Of a stretch of 64,000 nucleotides of DNA, positions 27,240-40,011 are shown in pieces (positions within the stretch are counted from its first letter, which is position 1; every line of letters begins with the position of its first letter). Source of the stretch: Anthoceros angustus (taxonomy: Eukaryota; Plantae; Anthocerotophyta); contig VJWM01000283.1 of assembly GCA_010909165.1 (NCBI GenBank), positions 62,001 through 126,000 on the forward strand, given 5' to 3'. The notes under the pieces are model-generated. The model was not told where the DNA came from. It searched no databases and saw nothing but the letters and a program-made list of their open reading frames with translations. A program made the position numbers and the translations under genes.

Positions 27240-28960
27240 GTCGAGGAAGCATGCGAAGAGGAAGCTGTCGACGACCACGATGCCGAACGACCGGAGCTCC
27301 GCAGGAGGATGACTATCTCGGAGATGGTTCGACTCGGGCCTACAAGAAGCGGGTGCAAACCACAACATTCGACATTCACATTTACTATTCCGCTTCATTT
27401 CTAACGCGGATGCTCGATAAGGAAGGTGGATGAGGCATGGATGAAGTGCCTTGTTCGATGCGCAGTCCTGTGAAGGAAGGGACTCCCACTTTTGTGCATG
27501 ATTGATCCAAAGACAAGGTGCTTGAAGAAGAAGATGCACCGAGGAGATCGAGCTCAAAGATTACACCCTAGGGGTGCCGGAGGGAACCATTGCTATGCCG
27601 CCATGCATACCAAATGTATCCGCGGAAGATAAATTTCAATGGCTCGAGGCCATGTATATGCAGCCGAGAGGAAGAAAATGAGGGTGCCGGCATTGATCAC
27701 AATGTGTATGCATAAGAGGAAGAAGCTTGGTTTTATTGAACAAGTCCGCTACATACATGATGAGCTTGAGATTTGGCACGGACACACCCGATGGAAAACC
27801 TAATGCAGCAAGTTCAATGTGTGTTGTCGGGGATGCTAGTGATGAGAATCAATAGCTCTTAGATAGAAAAGAAACAATGGAATGAATTGATTAATGAGTA
27901 AAGTACAAGCCTTTAAATAGGCTGGGTGGTTACAACAATATGTTGTTGTAACCATAAGTGGTTGCAACCATAAGTTGTTGCAACTATAAGTTGTTGTAAC
28001 AACTAACTACCTAAAGCCCTAGCTCTAAATTAATGTTTAAGTAATGAGGCCCTAATGAATAGTGCCCTAAGCTAGACCTATTTCATCACTCCCACTCACT
28101 ATGAATGTAGGGGTGAATTCTAGCTTCAAAATGAGGTCTAAAATAGATAGACTCCCACTTAATCAAAAGTTATAAGCCTAAGAAAATGCTAAAACTTAAG
28201 CTATTTGATGAACAAATAAGCCTAAAATAGAAAACTTAATATGTCCACCAAAATATTCACCAGAATAAGGTTGAAAATAATAGCCTAAATAGCTCCGAAA
28301 TAGGCTTAAAAGAGAGGCCTAAAATAAATAAATAAATCAAAGGGGCCTGAAAATAAAAGGCCCTTAGCTTTAAATGGATAAGCCCAATACGGGCTTATCC
28401 TAAATCGCCGCCCCGCCACCGATTGGTGGCACAGGGTGCAGACGTCAAGGCCTTCCGCACCGCCGCACACGAGGCGGGTGTGGGAGGATAGCCGCCATCG
28501 CCTCCTCCTCCCCCGCATCGCGCCATCGCGCCCGCCGCGCCCATCGCGCCATCGCGCCATCGCGCCATCGCGCCATCGCGCTCGCGCGCTGCCGCATACC
28601 CGCGGCTCGTGGAGATCGCTCGCGCCCCCGGTGCGCCGTGGCGCGGCAGTCACGCTTGGTGTGCTCGCCTTTTGCATCGCTGGTTTGTCCACATCTAAGC
28701 TTGCCATAGCACAAATTCTGTGTGATGTGCACCGACCTGATGCTCGCTGCTAGTGTCCTCCGATTGGTGGAAAGTCTGATTGCTGGCTTATTATATGTCC
28801 AATGTTGGAGTGGAGACTATCTCGTGTTAATATGGCACGCTTGATAGTAGGTGAGTTGCCTGAATTTTGCATATTCTTCCATTTTCAATTTTTCCATTTT
28901 TCCTGCTTCCATTTTCCATGTCTTGGTCTCTAAGAAAAAAGGCCTAATGTGGTGGCAGGT
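27240..28960. repeat. ~1.7-kb duplicate of ~25400-27230, including a third LTR copy (27840-28088)
   Basis: Repeats the ParB-gene segment, the GCTAG junction, the LTR and the Copia 3' region in the same order, with indels. Confidence 0.88.
28480..28585. repeat. (CCATCGCG)n CpG-rich octamer array in the Copia 3' region (also ~26745-26795)
   Basis: ccatcgcg repeated at least 5 times in tandem at ~28541-28580. Confidence 0.85.
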
Positions 28961-30089
28961 CCTCGTGCGGAGGAAGGCCCTGCCCCCATGCTCCAAAGGA
29001 CGAGGCCATAAAGAAAATGAAGAGAGCAAACCGAGTAGCAAGAAGAAGAAGAAACTTGCCGCGTGGAAAAGGAAAAATTGAGAAGCCGCCTGCATCTTGT
29101 GGTATAGAGATGCACTCACGGGTGAAGAGATCCCATGTCGGGCCCGGCCGTAATATAGGAAATGATATGGAAGATCCTAATTTCTCTGTGAATTCCTGCA
29201 AGCATGTGCCGAGGTGGCTAAAACAGTGGAGAAAAAGCCGATGGAGAAGATGACGTCTTGGTGGTACAAGCACTGGAAAAACCGATGTTGTCATCAAAGA
29301 AGTCGAGGGGTGGTAAGCCAATAAAAATGCAAAATAAATTGCAATAAATAATTTGATTGCATAAAAATACTAATGATTGTTGATGTAGATAATCCAACTA
29401 CCGAGGGCTCGGGTATCCTGAGTGTCCCGGGTATGTGACTTCAACATAGAAGAAGAGTCGGAGGTCGGGGACTCCATAAACAGACGAGGCCCCAGTAGTG
29501 TGAGGGCAGCCCAAGTGGAGAGCATATGCTAGCGGACATATAGGGGCTAGGGAAAAGAAAAGTGAGTAGGTGTAAAACCTATAGTTAGGGGCTAGTAACT
29601 AGTCAGTAACCTATGCTAATAATAAGCTAATCTACATCTATTTTGCGGATGTGGAGAAAGGGTAGGCACAAGCCATGTGAGGTTTGCCCTACCTCTACAA
29701 CCTATAACAAAACAAAAGGAAAATACCAAACTCCTATTTTGCCACTGAAACCTATGCGAGCAACATACATGGTGCTTCCGGAGGAAAGGACGACCACGAA
29801 GTCCCCATGGAATATGTATGTGAGAAAAGGGATAAAAATGATGTGGTTAGGTGCATATCCATGTGAAGAGTACGAAGGACACACCAAGCACTTGTATAGT
29901 AAGTGACCTAACCAATGACTAACTCAACACCATTTTTCTTCCTAACCCATGGAGTGTTTTGTAGGGTCCTTTTGGGCATTAGAGAGAAGAGAAGGATGAT
30001 GATTACTTGGAAATAGAAGAGGAAATAAACATGCTAGATAAACTTTGTGGATTGTAAAATTGGAAAATACCTACTATCTAGGCTGGCTT

Positions 30090-33000
30090 AACCTCTTGTA
30101 CTCCTAACATTTTCATGTGTTTTAAATGCAAATCTCTTCCTAATGACTTGGTTAAAAGGTCAGCTGGGTTGTTTTGAGTTGGTATATAATTGATATCTAT
30201 TGTTTTATTTTCTAACATTTCCGTATGTAATGATACTCATTGCTATATGTTTAGTTCGAGTGGAAAATGGGGTTCCTAGCTAAGGCAATAGCCCCAGGTA
30301 TCCGAGAGAGGTGTAGGTCCATCTTGGGGATAATTCAACTCTCTCAATGCTAACCTACTCCGGACTATATCCTTGGAGACGAGGTGAGGACCCTATACTC
30401 GACTGTCGACAAAGCAATGGTTGGTTGTTTCTTACTTGACCATGAAATGGGTGCACCTCCTAGCGAATGCATAGCCGGATCTGATTTGCGGCTATCGGGA
30501 TCTCCAAGATAGTCGGCATCGGTCATAATTGTAACTTAGATATGCCGGAACATGTTTATACATCAATCTGTGCATAGTCCCTTTTAAATACCTGAATATT
30601 CTCTTGACACATTGCCAATGTTGTCTTCCGATTCTCAAAATTGTGAGGCGCACTAACTTCAAAAGATATATCGGGTCTTGTGAAGTTACTTAAATATATT
30701 AAGGTGCCACACATATGTATGTGCTGCGACATTCTGCTTTCTCTGCTTTTAGGGCTCATATCTGCGTAAGCCTTGTGCCACTTGGAAATGGTGTGGCACG
30801 GCTTAGCATCTTCTAGTCCAAACTTATTTAAGCTTTCTTTTATATATTTTGTTTGAACCAAGGAAATGGATTTATTACCTCTATCTCTTATAATGTTAAC
30901 GCCAAGGGCATAACTAAGGTCTCCCAGGTCTGTCATTTCATAATGACTTCTCAACCATGCTTTAATTTCACTAGATGGGAGAGTGAAGATGAAGCTAAAA
31001 ATAAGTCATCCACATATAGTAAGAGGTAAATTGTGTACTGTTTAGTCTTCAGGATATACATGCTAGCATCTGCTTTGCTTTGAACAAAACCATATTTTGT
31101 AAGCTTGTCATGTATATCATTATTCCATTCCTTGCCAGATTGCTTAAGGCCATAAATGCCTTTAATGAGCCTGCATACATGGTCTTCTTTACCTTTGACT
31201 TCATAGCCTTCAGGTTGTCTCATGTATATTTCTTCTTGGATTCGGCCATGCAGATAGGCAGTTTTGACGTCCATCATGTGAAGATGTAAGTCATGTTGAG
31301 CGGACAAGGCTATTATAATTCGAGGAGGCAAACTTTGCTCTGGTGCATAGGTAGCCGGTATGTAATCTAAACCCGGTATCGGTAAACCCTCGCTACCCCT
31401 TGCCTTATATCGCTCAATAGAACCATCACCCTTACGTTTGATTTTAAAGACCCATTTACTTCCCACTATTTTTCTCCCTTTGGGTGGTTTAACTAATTCC
31501 CATGTGGAGTTTTCTACTAAAGAGTTGTACTCAATCTCACTACCTTCCATGTGTCTTTCTCGGAGAGGAAAATGCTTGTTTCAAGGTTAGCGGTTCCTCT
31601 GGATCAACTGTGGCTTTGTAAATGCTTGATAATAAGGTGTGAGAGGAGAAATGGGGTCATCAGGAGTGACAAGATATCCCAAAGGTGGTTCCTTCCATCC
31701 AGCAGGTCCTGCAACAGCGGGTCTAGTCCTAAGATTGTACCTTGGTGCAGGTTGTTGAATGTGTTCTTCAATGTCGACCACTTGTTGAGCTGGTTCCTGT
31801 GCAGGTAACGCAGGCTCTTGTTCTGGCTCGTCGTCGAATTCATCCACTTGCTCGTCGACGGGCTCATCCTCAAAAGGAATACGATCCTCCTCACGAATTT
31901 CAACATCATAGTCGATTTCATCATCAGTTAAATGCTGAGGTTCTTCTAAATCAGGATCTGGAGTAGTTGGTCGTCTTGGAATATATTCTAACTCCTCCTC
32001 CTCCTCCCGCAATGAGGTTCATCCATAGGAGCTTCATGCGGAGGGAGTGAATGAATGATGACAAAATCATCGTCATCAAAGTGGAAGGCTCGGATGCGCA
32101 GAGGAAGGAGCATCGGGAGTAATGGGAGCGATGCCCCAATAGGAGAAAGAATATGAGATTCATGAAAGGTCACGCTCCTAGCATAAATGAGCTTTCGGGT
32201 AGATGGGTCAAATAACTTGTAACCCTTAATGCCTTCTGTAGCCAATAAAGGTATATTTGCCTTGGGATCCAGCTTCTTGCGTTGTACTTTGGGGATGAAC
32301 ACATAAGCGGGGATCCAAGATTCGTAAATGATCAATAGAACCATCACCCTTACGTTTGATTTTAAAGACCCATTTACTTCCCACTATTTTTCTCCCTTTG
32401 GGTGGTTTAACTAATTCCCATGTGGAGTTTTCTACTAAAGAGTTGTACTCAATCTCGCTACCTTCCATGGTCTTTCTCGGAGAGGAAAATGCTTGTTTCA
32501 AGGTTAGCGGTTCCTCTGGATCAACTGTGGCTTTGTAAATGCTTGATAATAAGGTGTGAGAGGAGAAATGGGGTCATCAAGTGACAAGATATCCCAAAGG
32601 TGGTTCCTTCCATCCAGCAGTCCTGCAATGGTCTAGTCCTAAGATTGTACCTTGGTGCGGTTGTTGAATGTGTTCTTCAATGTCGACCACTTGTTGAGTG
32701 GTTCTGCGTAACGCAGCTCTTGTTCGCTCGTCGTCAATTCATCCACTTGCTCGCCGACGGCTCATCCTCAAAAGGAATACGATCCTCCTCACGAATTTCA
32801 ACATCATAGTCGATTTCATCATCGTTAAATGTTGAGGTTCTTCTAAATCGGGATCCGGAGTAGTTGGTCGTCTTGGAATATATTCTAACTCCTCCTCCTC
32901 CTCGCAATGAGGTTCATCCATAGGAGCTTGCGGAGGGAGTGAATGAATGATGACAAAATCATCGTCATCAAAGTGGAAGGCTCGGATGCGCAGAGGAAGG

Positions 33001-34350
33001 AGCATCGGGAGTAATGGGAGCGATGCCCCAATAGGAGAAAGAATATGAGATTCATGAAAGGTCACGCCCTAGCATAAATGAGCTTTCGGGTAGATGGGTC
33101 AAATAACTTGTAACCCTTAATGCCTTCGTGTAGCCAATAAAGGTATATTTGGTCGCCTTGGGATCCGACTTCTTGCGTTGTACTTTGGGGATGAACACAT
33201 AAGCGGGGATCCAAGATTCGTAAATGATCAAGAAGGTTTTCTCCCGGTAAAAGCTTCATATGGAGTCATGCCTTGAATGGAAGTTGGCGATCTATTAAGG
33301 AGATATGTTCCAATATAGCTTCACCCAATAACTTTTAGATAATGTAGCTTGGGTGAGCAAACACTGTGATCTCCGGAGGCGTAAATTTTGTTTTACTACG
33401 CCATTTCTTTGAGGTGTGTACCACACTAAGTTGTTGCGCTATACCTTCAGCAAAATTCAGCAAATTCATTGAAGTGAACTCTCCTCCATTATCGGAGCGA
33501 AGAGTTTTAAGCTTCCATCGGTAAGTCTCTCGCCCACATCATATATTCTTTGAAGAAAGAAAAGGCGACTCTTATGGCGGAGGATGTAGGTGAGGACAAC
33601 CGGAATAATCATCGATGAAGGTTAAAAATATCTACAACCACTAAATGAAGGTGCGGATATAGGACCACAAATGTCTGTGAACCAACTCTAAGGGTGCCTA
33701 GCCCTCCGAGGATGGATTGTGGAATGGAGCTTGATGACGTTTGGTTATGACGCAAGCTTCACACGGAGAGGTTCAAGTTTAGGAATACAGGAGTTCTATA
33801 CGTTTCCTTAGACATTTGGATAAGCTTTTGGCTATTCGGATGACCTAATCGTGTGCCAAAGCATGGTGCTTGAAGAGTGGAATGGGAGGCTACATTGATG
33901 AGGTGTAACGGACCCACTTGGGTGAGAGTTTATAGAGTCCATCTTCTAGTGTTCCAGGCATTGTGTGATACTTATTAGTATGATAGTAAAGGAGACACAA
34001 ATCGGCTTCAAGGATAATTTGCATGTTATGTTCTTGACATAAACTAGCGGTGACACTAGATTCTTGCACATGGAGGGTACATAAAGGACATGGGAGAGAG
34101 TAAGAACCCGGTGGAGCACTTTAATGCCACGGAACCTACACCAAATATGGTGAGGTTATGGTCGCCTAGGAGCACCTTTGTTGTCCTTTTGATGGCGAAT
34201 CGACTCAAAAAGTTAAGTCGTGACATATATGAGATGTTGCACTGTCTAAATACCAATTTTGGTTTGATGGCTTGGAACTTGCCAAGCGAGAAAGTCTTGA
34301 TGGAGTTGCCGTGGAGGGCTTCTTCTTAACGGCAACATGTGCTCGATGGT
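30090..34350 (-). mobile_element. Copia pol (protease, integrase, RT, RNase H), frameshifted
   Basis: WYLDS-ATSH (~34225-34255). FLTFIDDYS (~33602-33630) and LRSDNGGE (~33481-33502). ORF 30951-31550 KWVFKIKR...MDVKTAYLHG...YGLKQSG...YVDDL. TDADY...ISWSSKKQ...RTKHI...ADLLTKSL. ~31420-32330 is duplicated at ~32335-33230. Confidence 0.95.
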
Positions 34351-34676
34351 GACCTCCTTCTTTGGCTCACCATTTTCTTCTTCCAACAATCCTTCTCCAT
34401 ATGGTTGGTCATCTTGCACCAATTGCGTAACTCCAGCCTTCTTCATGCCTTTGAAGGTTTAAATGAAGAAGTGGATGGTCCTTGAAAATTTTGAGTAGGA
34501 GTCGGTCTAGGAGTGAAGTTTCAGCGGCCTCGGCCACGTCCTCTTCTCTCGCGTCCCCCATGTACATTACTTGTTGGCCGGTACATGCATACGAGGTAAG
34601 CACTTGAATTCATATAGCACTTCCTCGACCAACAACCAAGCGAACAAATCGAATACGCAGATATAGGTGCAACCAA

Positions 34677-35233
34677 TAACAGGAGGGAGTAGCTCGCGTC
34701 GTGGCACAAACACACCTCCCCACGAGAACAAATTCCTCACACATCGCTCTCGGAGTCATAGCTTTGGCCTCCTCACAACGCTCTTGCATTGCATATCTAG
34801 AGGACAAGCTATGATCGAGCTTGTCCTCAATGGAAGGGTCTATATACTAGACCACAGCCATATTCCTAAGATATCCTATTGGCATCGACTGCCAAAAATA
34901 TCCTAAGAATACACTATAATATGCAAGGAATATGCCAAAGCATATTACTTGAGCTTATCCACTTAGCTATTGTATCCTAAGAATACACTATAATATGCAA
35001 GGAATATGCCAAGCATATTACTTGAGCTTATCCACTTAGCTATTGCTAACCATGTTTAATTAACACTAATCAATGCTTAATTAACATAAGCACATTAGAT
35101 TAATTAACACTAATCAATGCTTAATTAACATAAGCACTTTAGATTAATTAACACTAATTACTTACTTAAAGATAAGTAATTAGATTAATTAATGCTAATC
35201 AAACACTAAACCCAAGTGCAGATTAGTATCACA
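34677..35233 (-). repeat. Repeat A2 (LTR-like), with internal ~72-bp and ~45-bp tandem units and an 11-bp hairpin at 34800-34828
   Basis: Near-identical to 40163-40734; gaggacaagct-atgatcg-agcttgtcctc is a perfect inverted repeat. Confidence 0.92.
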
Positions 35234-35336
35234 CGCGCATGGAGCATCGAGGTAAGCACTTGAATTCATATAAGCACTTCCTCGACCAACAACCAAGCAA
35301 ATAAATCGAATACGCAGATATATAGGTGCAACCAAA

Positions 35337-35343
35337 CCCCCCT
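35337..35343 (-). promoter_or_regulatory. Polypurine tract before repeat B1
   Basis: The minus strand reads cAGGGGGG-tt-TGGTTGCACC; the TG start of B follows after a 2-nt spacer. Confidence 0.65.
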
Positions 35344-35394
35344 GATAATGTGAGACTCTAAGTCGAAACATTATCATTAGTAGGACTACACACG

Positions 35395-35520
35395 TACGCA
35401 CCTCATGTAGCGCATTGTGCACAAAACCAATCTCCTTCGGGAATGTCGTCCAGAGGTTATGAACCTTGTCCATGAGTGGAGGCTTGTCTTGACATCCTTA
35501 TGGGCCTGTCATGTGGACTA
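35395..35520 (-). other. C-terminal half of a PHD finger
   Basis: The minus frame reads PLDDIPEGDWFCAQCAT*, matching the PHD consensus PPL-x-x-IP-x-GDWFC-x-x-C. Confidence 0.65.
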
Positions 35521-35849
35521 CTCTCCCCACGGTTGCTCGTCATTTTCTTCTTGCCTTCGAGCTGTGCCTCCTGCGAACGGTTCATTCTTGATTAGTTCTA
35601 TGTGGAACTTCCCTTTGGTGTACTTCCCCATCTCCATAGCGTGAAAGCAAACACATGTCGCGATGCCTCCAACAACTCCTTTAGGCGCCTGATTGCTCTT
35701 CAACTCGGCTGTTAACCACTCATGTGTGGCTCGATGGCTTGCACGCTTCCTCTCGTGCTCGCTCTCCTTGCCCTCCAAACTCGCCTTCTCCTGTTGAGAT
35801 GCGAGTGCGAATGTCCTTCACCCACCGAACCCGCCGCTTCAACCCCGCC

Positions 35850-36798
35850 TTCTTGGTTTGAAGTTGGTAAGCGACTCAGCTAAACAACCAGTCATCATGT
35901 TCACGTCAAATGCTTGCCCAAGCAATCGACACCGTTCCTTCTCGGTCACTCCGGTGTCTTCGTGGCTCGCATCAAATCCATGGCCAACTCCTCTCTGGCT
36001 GTTGGCTCTCCCAAAACCTCGCCATGTCATCCACCACAACGCCGGGCCATGGTTCCTGAAGGCGTAAGACTTGGACTTAGACACAAAGGTTGGCCAAGCC
36101 GCCATGGGGTGTCAGGCGTGTTCACAGGAAGTGCAGCGGCTGTCTTGATGACTTGTTGGGCATGCCTTCCGATGCTAGCACATCCTTGACAACATGATTA
36201 GGTCGCTTGGTGAGCGACCTCGCACACTTCAAATGTTCCAAGGGAGCAAGGTTAGTCCACATGGACCTCAACCTATGAGCCCTCGAACCAAATTGAGCGC
36301 ATCCAATAGAAGCTCCCGACCCAACACTCCTCGGATCGTGGCAAAGTCCTCCCGAACTTGCTTCTTCACGCTCATGCATGCGCACATTCTCCAACATGTA
36401 TCCACAAGGCCTTTCTTGCCCTTTGGATCAAGCGCAAGATCCTCATCAGTCATAGAACAATGCTGTCGTGGATCCTTGAGACCTTGACCCTTGCCTGCAG
36501 AGGATAGTCCTTGACACTCCCAACTGCGATGACAAGGTCCACGGTTGCCCAAGACAACTCAAATGGGACAACCCTATCATGCGAACATCCATCGGCCCCG
36601 GTAACCCTTCACCGACTCCACGTCGAGGTTAGGTACTCCCCATCAAGTCTCTTACGCTCGCGGCACAATCCTTGCTTTTGGATCCGGGTCACAATGCACG
36701 TATCTTCGCACTTTGATGCCACACTTTAGCTGCCTTCCAAGCCGATCGATGCCTCCAAAGAGTTCCACGAGCACTATGCCGTCTTCCGAGGTCGCCAT
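35850..36798 (-). pseudogene. DNMT3-like C5-cytosine DNA methyltransferase domain inside the retroelement polyprotein (frameshifted as assembled)
   Basis: Motif I VLVELFGGI (~36749-36775). Motif II-like RYVHCD. Motif IV WECQGLSSAG (36493-36522; catalytic Cys kept). Motif VI YMLENV (~36383-36400). Motif VIII AHRLRSMWTNL (~36249-36280; cf. DNMT3 AHRARYFWGNL). Motif X ERCRLLGQAFDV (~35895-35935). Confidence 0.9.
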
Positions 36799-37149
36799 GT
36801 GATGACACAGGTGTTTAGGTCACAAACAGGCTCAACCCTAGGCAAGAACTTACAGTTCTCCGGCTCATAGACCGGTCCTCTTGCACCATCCTCCACCTTT
36901 GCACGGCTCATTCTGCGTCCACTCCGTCCGGTGACTTGAAGAACCTCCTCCGAGGGTGGTTGCAACCCTAGCTTGTTTTCCTCCTCCTCGTCGAAATCCT
37001 CCATCGGTCGATTGCGGTTGTTAGACACACGCCAAGAGGTTCAAGCACGTATGGCGTGTCCTTCACTCTGCGCCAAACACGGGTAGACGCTGTTGGCAAT
37101 GAGGTTCTCATGATCCTTGCCATGCAGTAGAGGGATGCGGGCAATCCGT

Positions 37150-37500
37150 TCATCGGTTTTGCTCCGCTTCTCCGGCTGGTCGATAGTAGACTGTCTCCGT
37201 CCACAAATCCACCATGACTCGAGGTTTGTACAAAGCGTCCGCTCCCAAAGAAGACATCAAAGTGTCGCATCTGACCAAGCGGTGTACCTCGACAAAGGTG
37301 AAGTCTGTTCTTGGTTTGAATGAAACCTTGACTTGTACCTTGTCACCCCAACACATGCTCCGTGGTCCCGGTGCGGATCTTCCACTTGGTTTCCTTCAAC
37401 CTTTCTTGGTGGAGACCCAACGCTTCCTTCACTCTTCTTCCAACGATCACCGGGCTCCGGTGTCAATCAACACCTCCTTGGTGCGAATCCATTGATTTCA
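37150..37500 (-). other. Retroviral-type aspartic protease domain of the nested element
   Basis: LIDTGA at ~37455-37475 (1-bp indel just upstream) and the C-terminal LGADAL motif in ORF 37150-37356. Confidence 0.7.
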
Positions 37501-37689
37501 ATGTGCCTCTCCCGATTGTTGACCAAAGCCACTCCCACTCGTGCGACATTCCGCTTCTCCACGAGATGCTTGGCTCGAGGTCGCAATGACATCATTGCCA
37601 CTGTGGCACATTGTCGACACTTGCTTCGTCTTCAAGGGTTGTCAACATCCGCCGAGTCAAACCCGACTTCCTTCACGCTCAACCCCATG

Positions 37690-39200
37690 TCTTGTAGGTG
37701 AAACATGGCATCTCCGAAGCTTTTGTGCCATCGTCTCCAAACAATCTGCATGGGTTTCTCCACATCGCCACTCACGGACTTTGATGTTGCTCCCACTCTG
37801 TTGGCAATGGCTCAAACGACTTTGGCATCTTGGCATAGGTTCGGAAGAGGATCCAAGCTTCCTTCCGTGTCTTCCCTGCTGGTGTCAAGACATCCTCTTC
37901 TTCCTCGAGCTATCTTCTCTCGTAGCTGCGGTTTCTTCCTGCCCTTGGATATGTCGCCATGTATCCAAGCTTGTGCTCATCTTCTTCGTCCTCGATGATG
38001 AACTGCGCTCTCCTTGATCTTCGCCTTCCGCACTTCTCCCAAGGCGTGCCACGCTGTCCATCGTCTTCTTTGATGCTTCCCGTTTCTTTTGTCCACGGGA
38101 CTTCAGTGCCTCCTCCACGGCGCCTTTGCTCTTCGATTTTGTGGATGAGGTTGGCCAGATGCATTGGCGGGGTTGCTGCTCGATAACCCGTGAGGCCGCA
38201 ATTCGGATGCTTCTCCCAACATGCCGCTTCATTGTGCCGTACCCACACCTAGGGCATGGCTCCTCACCCTTGACTCCTCCGAATGCATGCTCGCACTCAT
38301 GAGGGAATGGTCCGTCCTCGGCACCTCACGCAGGGCTCGTCACTTGGGGCTGTGGGTGGCTTGTCTCGCCGAGCTCCTCCACTCGACCTCCGCGTCGGTC
38401 ATGTCGTCCACCACTCCTACTTCTTTAGTAATCACTTGCAACCACGAGAGAAAGTGTCGGCCCTATCTTGTCGACCATCTCGTACACTTCCTTGAGGGTG
38501 TAGTGTTGCCCCTTCTCTGCACCGCTTGTTGCACCTTCATGCGCATGCATATGGCAATGCCCAAGTACTTCTCTGGCATCGGTCACTCATGATCTTGGTG
38601 TCACGTACCAGGGTCGATTCTTGATAAGCCATCTTCGCAGTCTCGCCTGACTTCATCTTGAAGTGTGTCAGCTCGGAGATCTTCTCATGTGTGCTTGCAG
38701 GAACTCCAGCCGGAAGATGTCAAACATCTCTTCGATGGGATCGTGCCCACTCGGTGCCACTACTTCGTCTGTATTGGTTCCTACGGAGCTTGAACTGCTA
38801 CTCACTGGTCCTCCAGATGTGCCGCTCAACAACCTCGCCTTGTGCTCGCGATAGCACGCCAATGCTTCATCCCCCAAGTACTTCGGCATTTGGATGAAGC
38901 CGTATCGCTTCGTGTATCCGGTCTTCAATTCCATCTCCGCACACACCGCACCGTACTTCTCGATGAAGTCCTCCAGTGGCAAGGTGCCGCTGTCTGTGAA
39001 CAACTCCATTCGATCCTTGTCTCCTCCCATCTTGACGACTCCAAGAGACAAGTCCTCCTCATTATCGCTTCCCGAGTTGTCCGGCGCACTAACGTGTCTT
39101 GTGTGTTGCCACTCACAGATCCTTCAAAGATTGTTGATTGTGTCGCTGGGTTCCTCCGCGTCCTTGGTGGTACCAAAATCGAGTGTTCGCACTTCTCCCT
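37690..39200 (-). other. gag-like region of the nested element with a probable CCHC knuckle
   Basis: ORF 38668-39051 (FTDSGTLPLEDFIEKY...PKYLGDEALACY) resembles a retrotransposon gag capsid start; degenerate C-x-x-C-x-x-x-GH-x-x-x-x-C at ~37700-37750. Confidence 0.55.
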
Positions 39201-39704
39201 CTTGGTCGGGACTTGAATTCGCTCGATGGACTTCGGTTGGTAGCTCCGTCCGGATCGAGTGTGTCGGGCATGCACTCCAGGCGGTTAGTGGCTAGATCAA
39301 ACCCTTAATCAAGGTTAACACACCCGCTATCTTAGATCGTGATTAGTGAAACCTCTAAGTATCTATGCATGTTAAAATGCATAGAAATACTCTGCAGGCT
39401 ACATTGCAGTCAAAAAATGTGAGCTGGGTGAGTTGGATAGCAAAGGCATAGGAACTCCAGAGTTAAGCACCCGCGGGGTGGATCAGTACCTGGATGGGGT
39501 GCCGACAAACTAGGACTTTTGGACAGAAAGTGAAATCACATGGACTGATGACATACCCATGTCTATCCGCTTCCCCCTTATCCCTTGGAATCCGGGGCCC
39601 AAGAGTAAAATACTCTTGTTTCTCCCTTGGTTGGTTGGCCTTAAAAGGCCAGCCCCCCTTGTGGAGGCCTCATTCCTCTCCTTGGTAGGGGCTTCTTTGC
39701 CTCC

Positions 39705-39960
39705 TCTCCTTGGCCTTGGCCTTGGACTTGGGCTTCTTCGCCTCCTCTCCTTGGCCTTGGACTTGGGCTTCTTCGCCTCCTCTCCTTGGCCTTGGGCTTG
39801 GGCTTCTTCTCCTCCTCTCCTTGGCCTTGGACTTGGGCTTCTTCGCCTCCTCTCCTTGGCCTTGGACTTGGGCTTCTTCGCCTCCTCTGGCCTTGGGCTT
39901 GGGCTTCTTCTCCTCTCTCCTTGGCCTTGGACTTGGGCTTCTCCTCTCCTTGGCCAAGCC
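39705..39960 (-). repeat. ~35-36-bp tandem array, potentially encoding EEAKKPKSKAK
   Basis: cttggacttgggcttcttcgcctcctctccttggc repeated about 7 times with variants. Confidence 0.85.
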
Positions 39961-40011
39961 TTGGGCACACTTGAGTCCCTTGCCTGCTTAAAGAACTAGC
40001 GTTGCCTCGCG

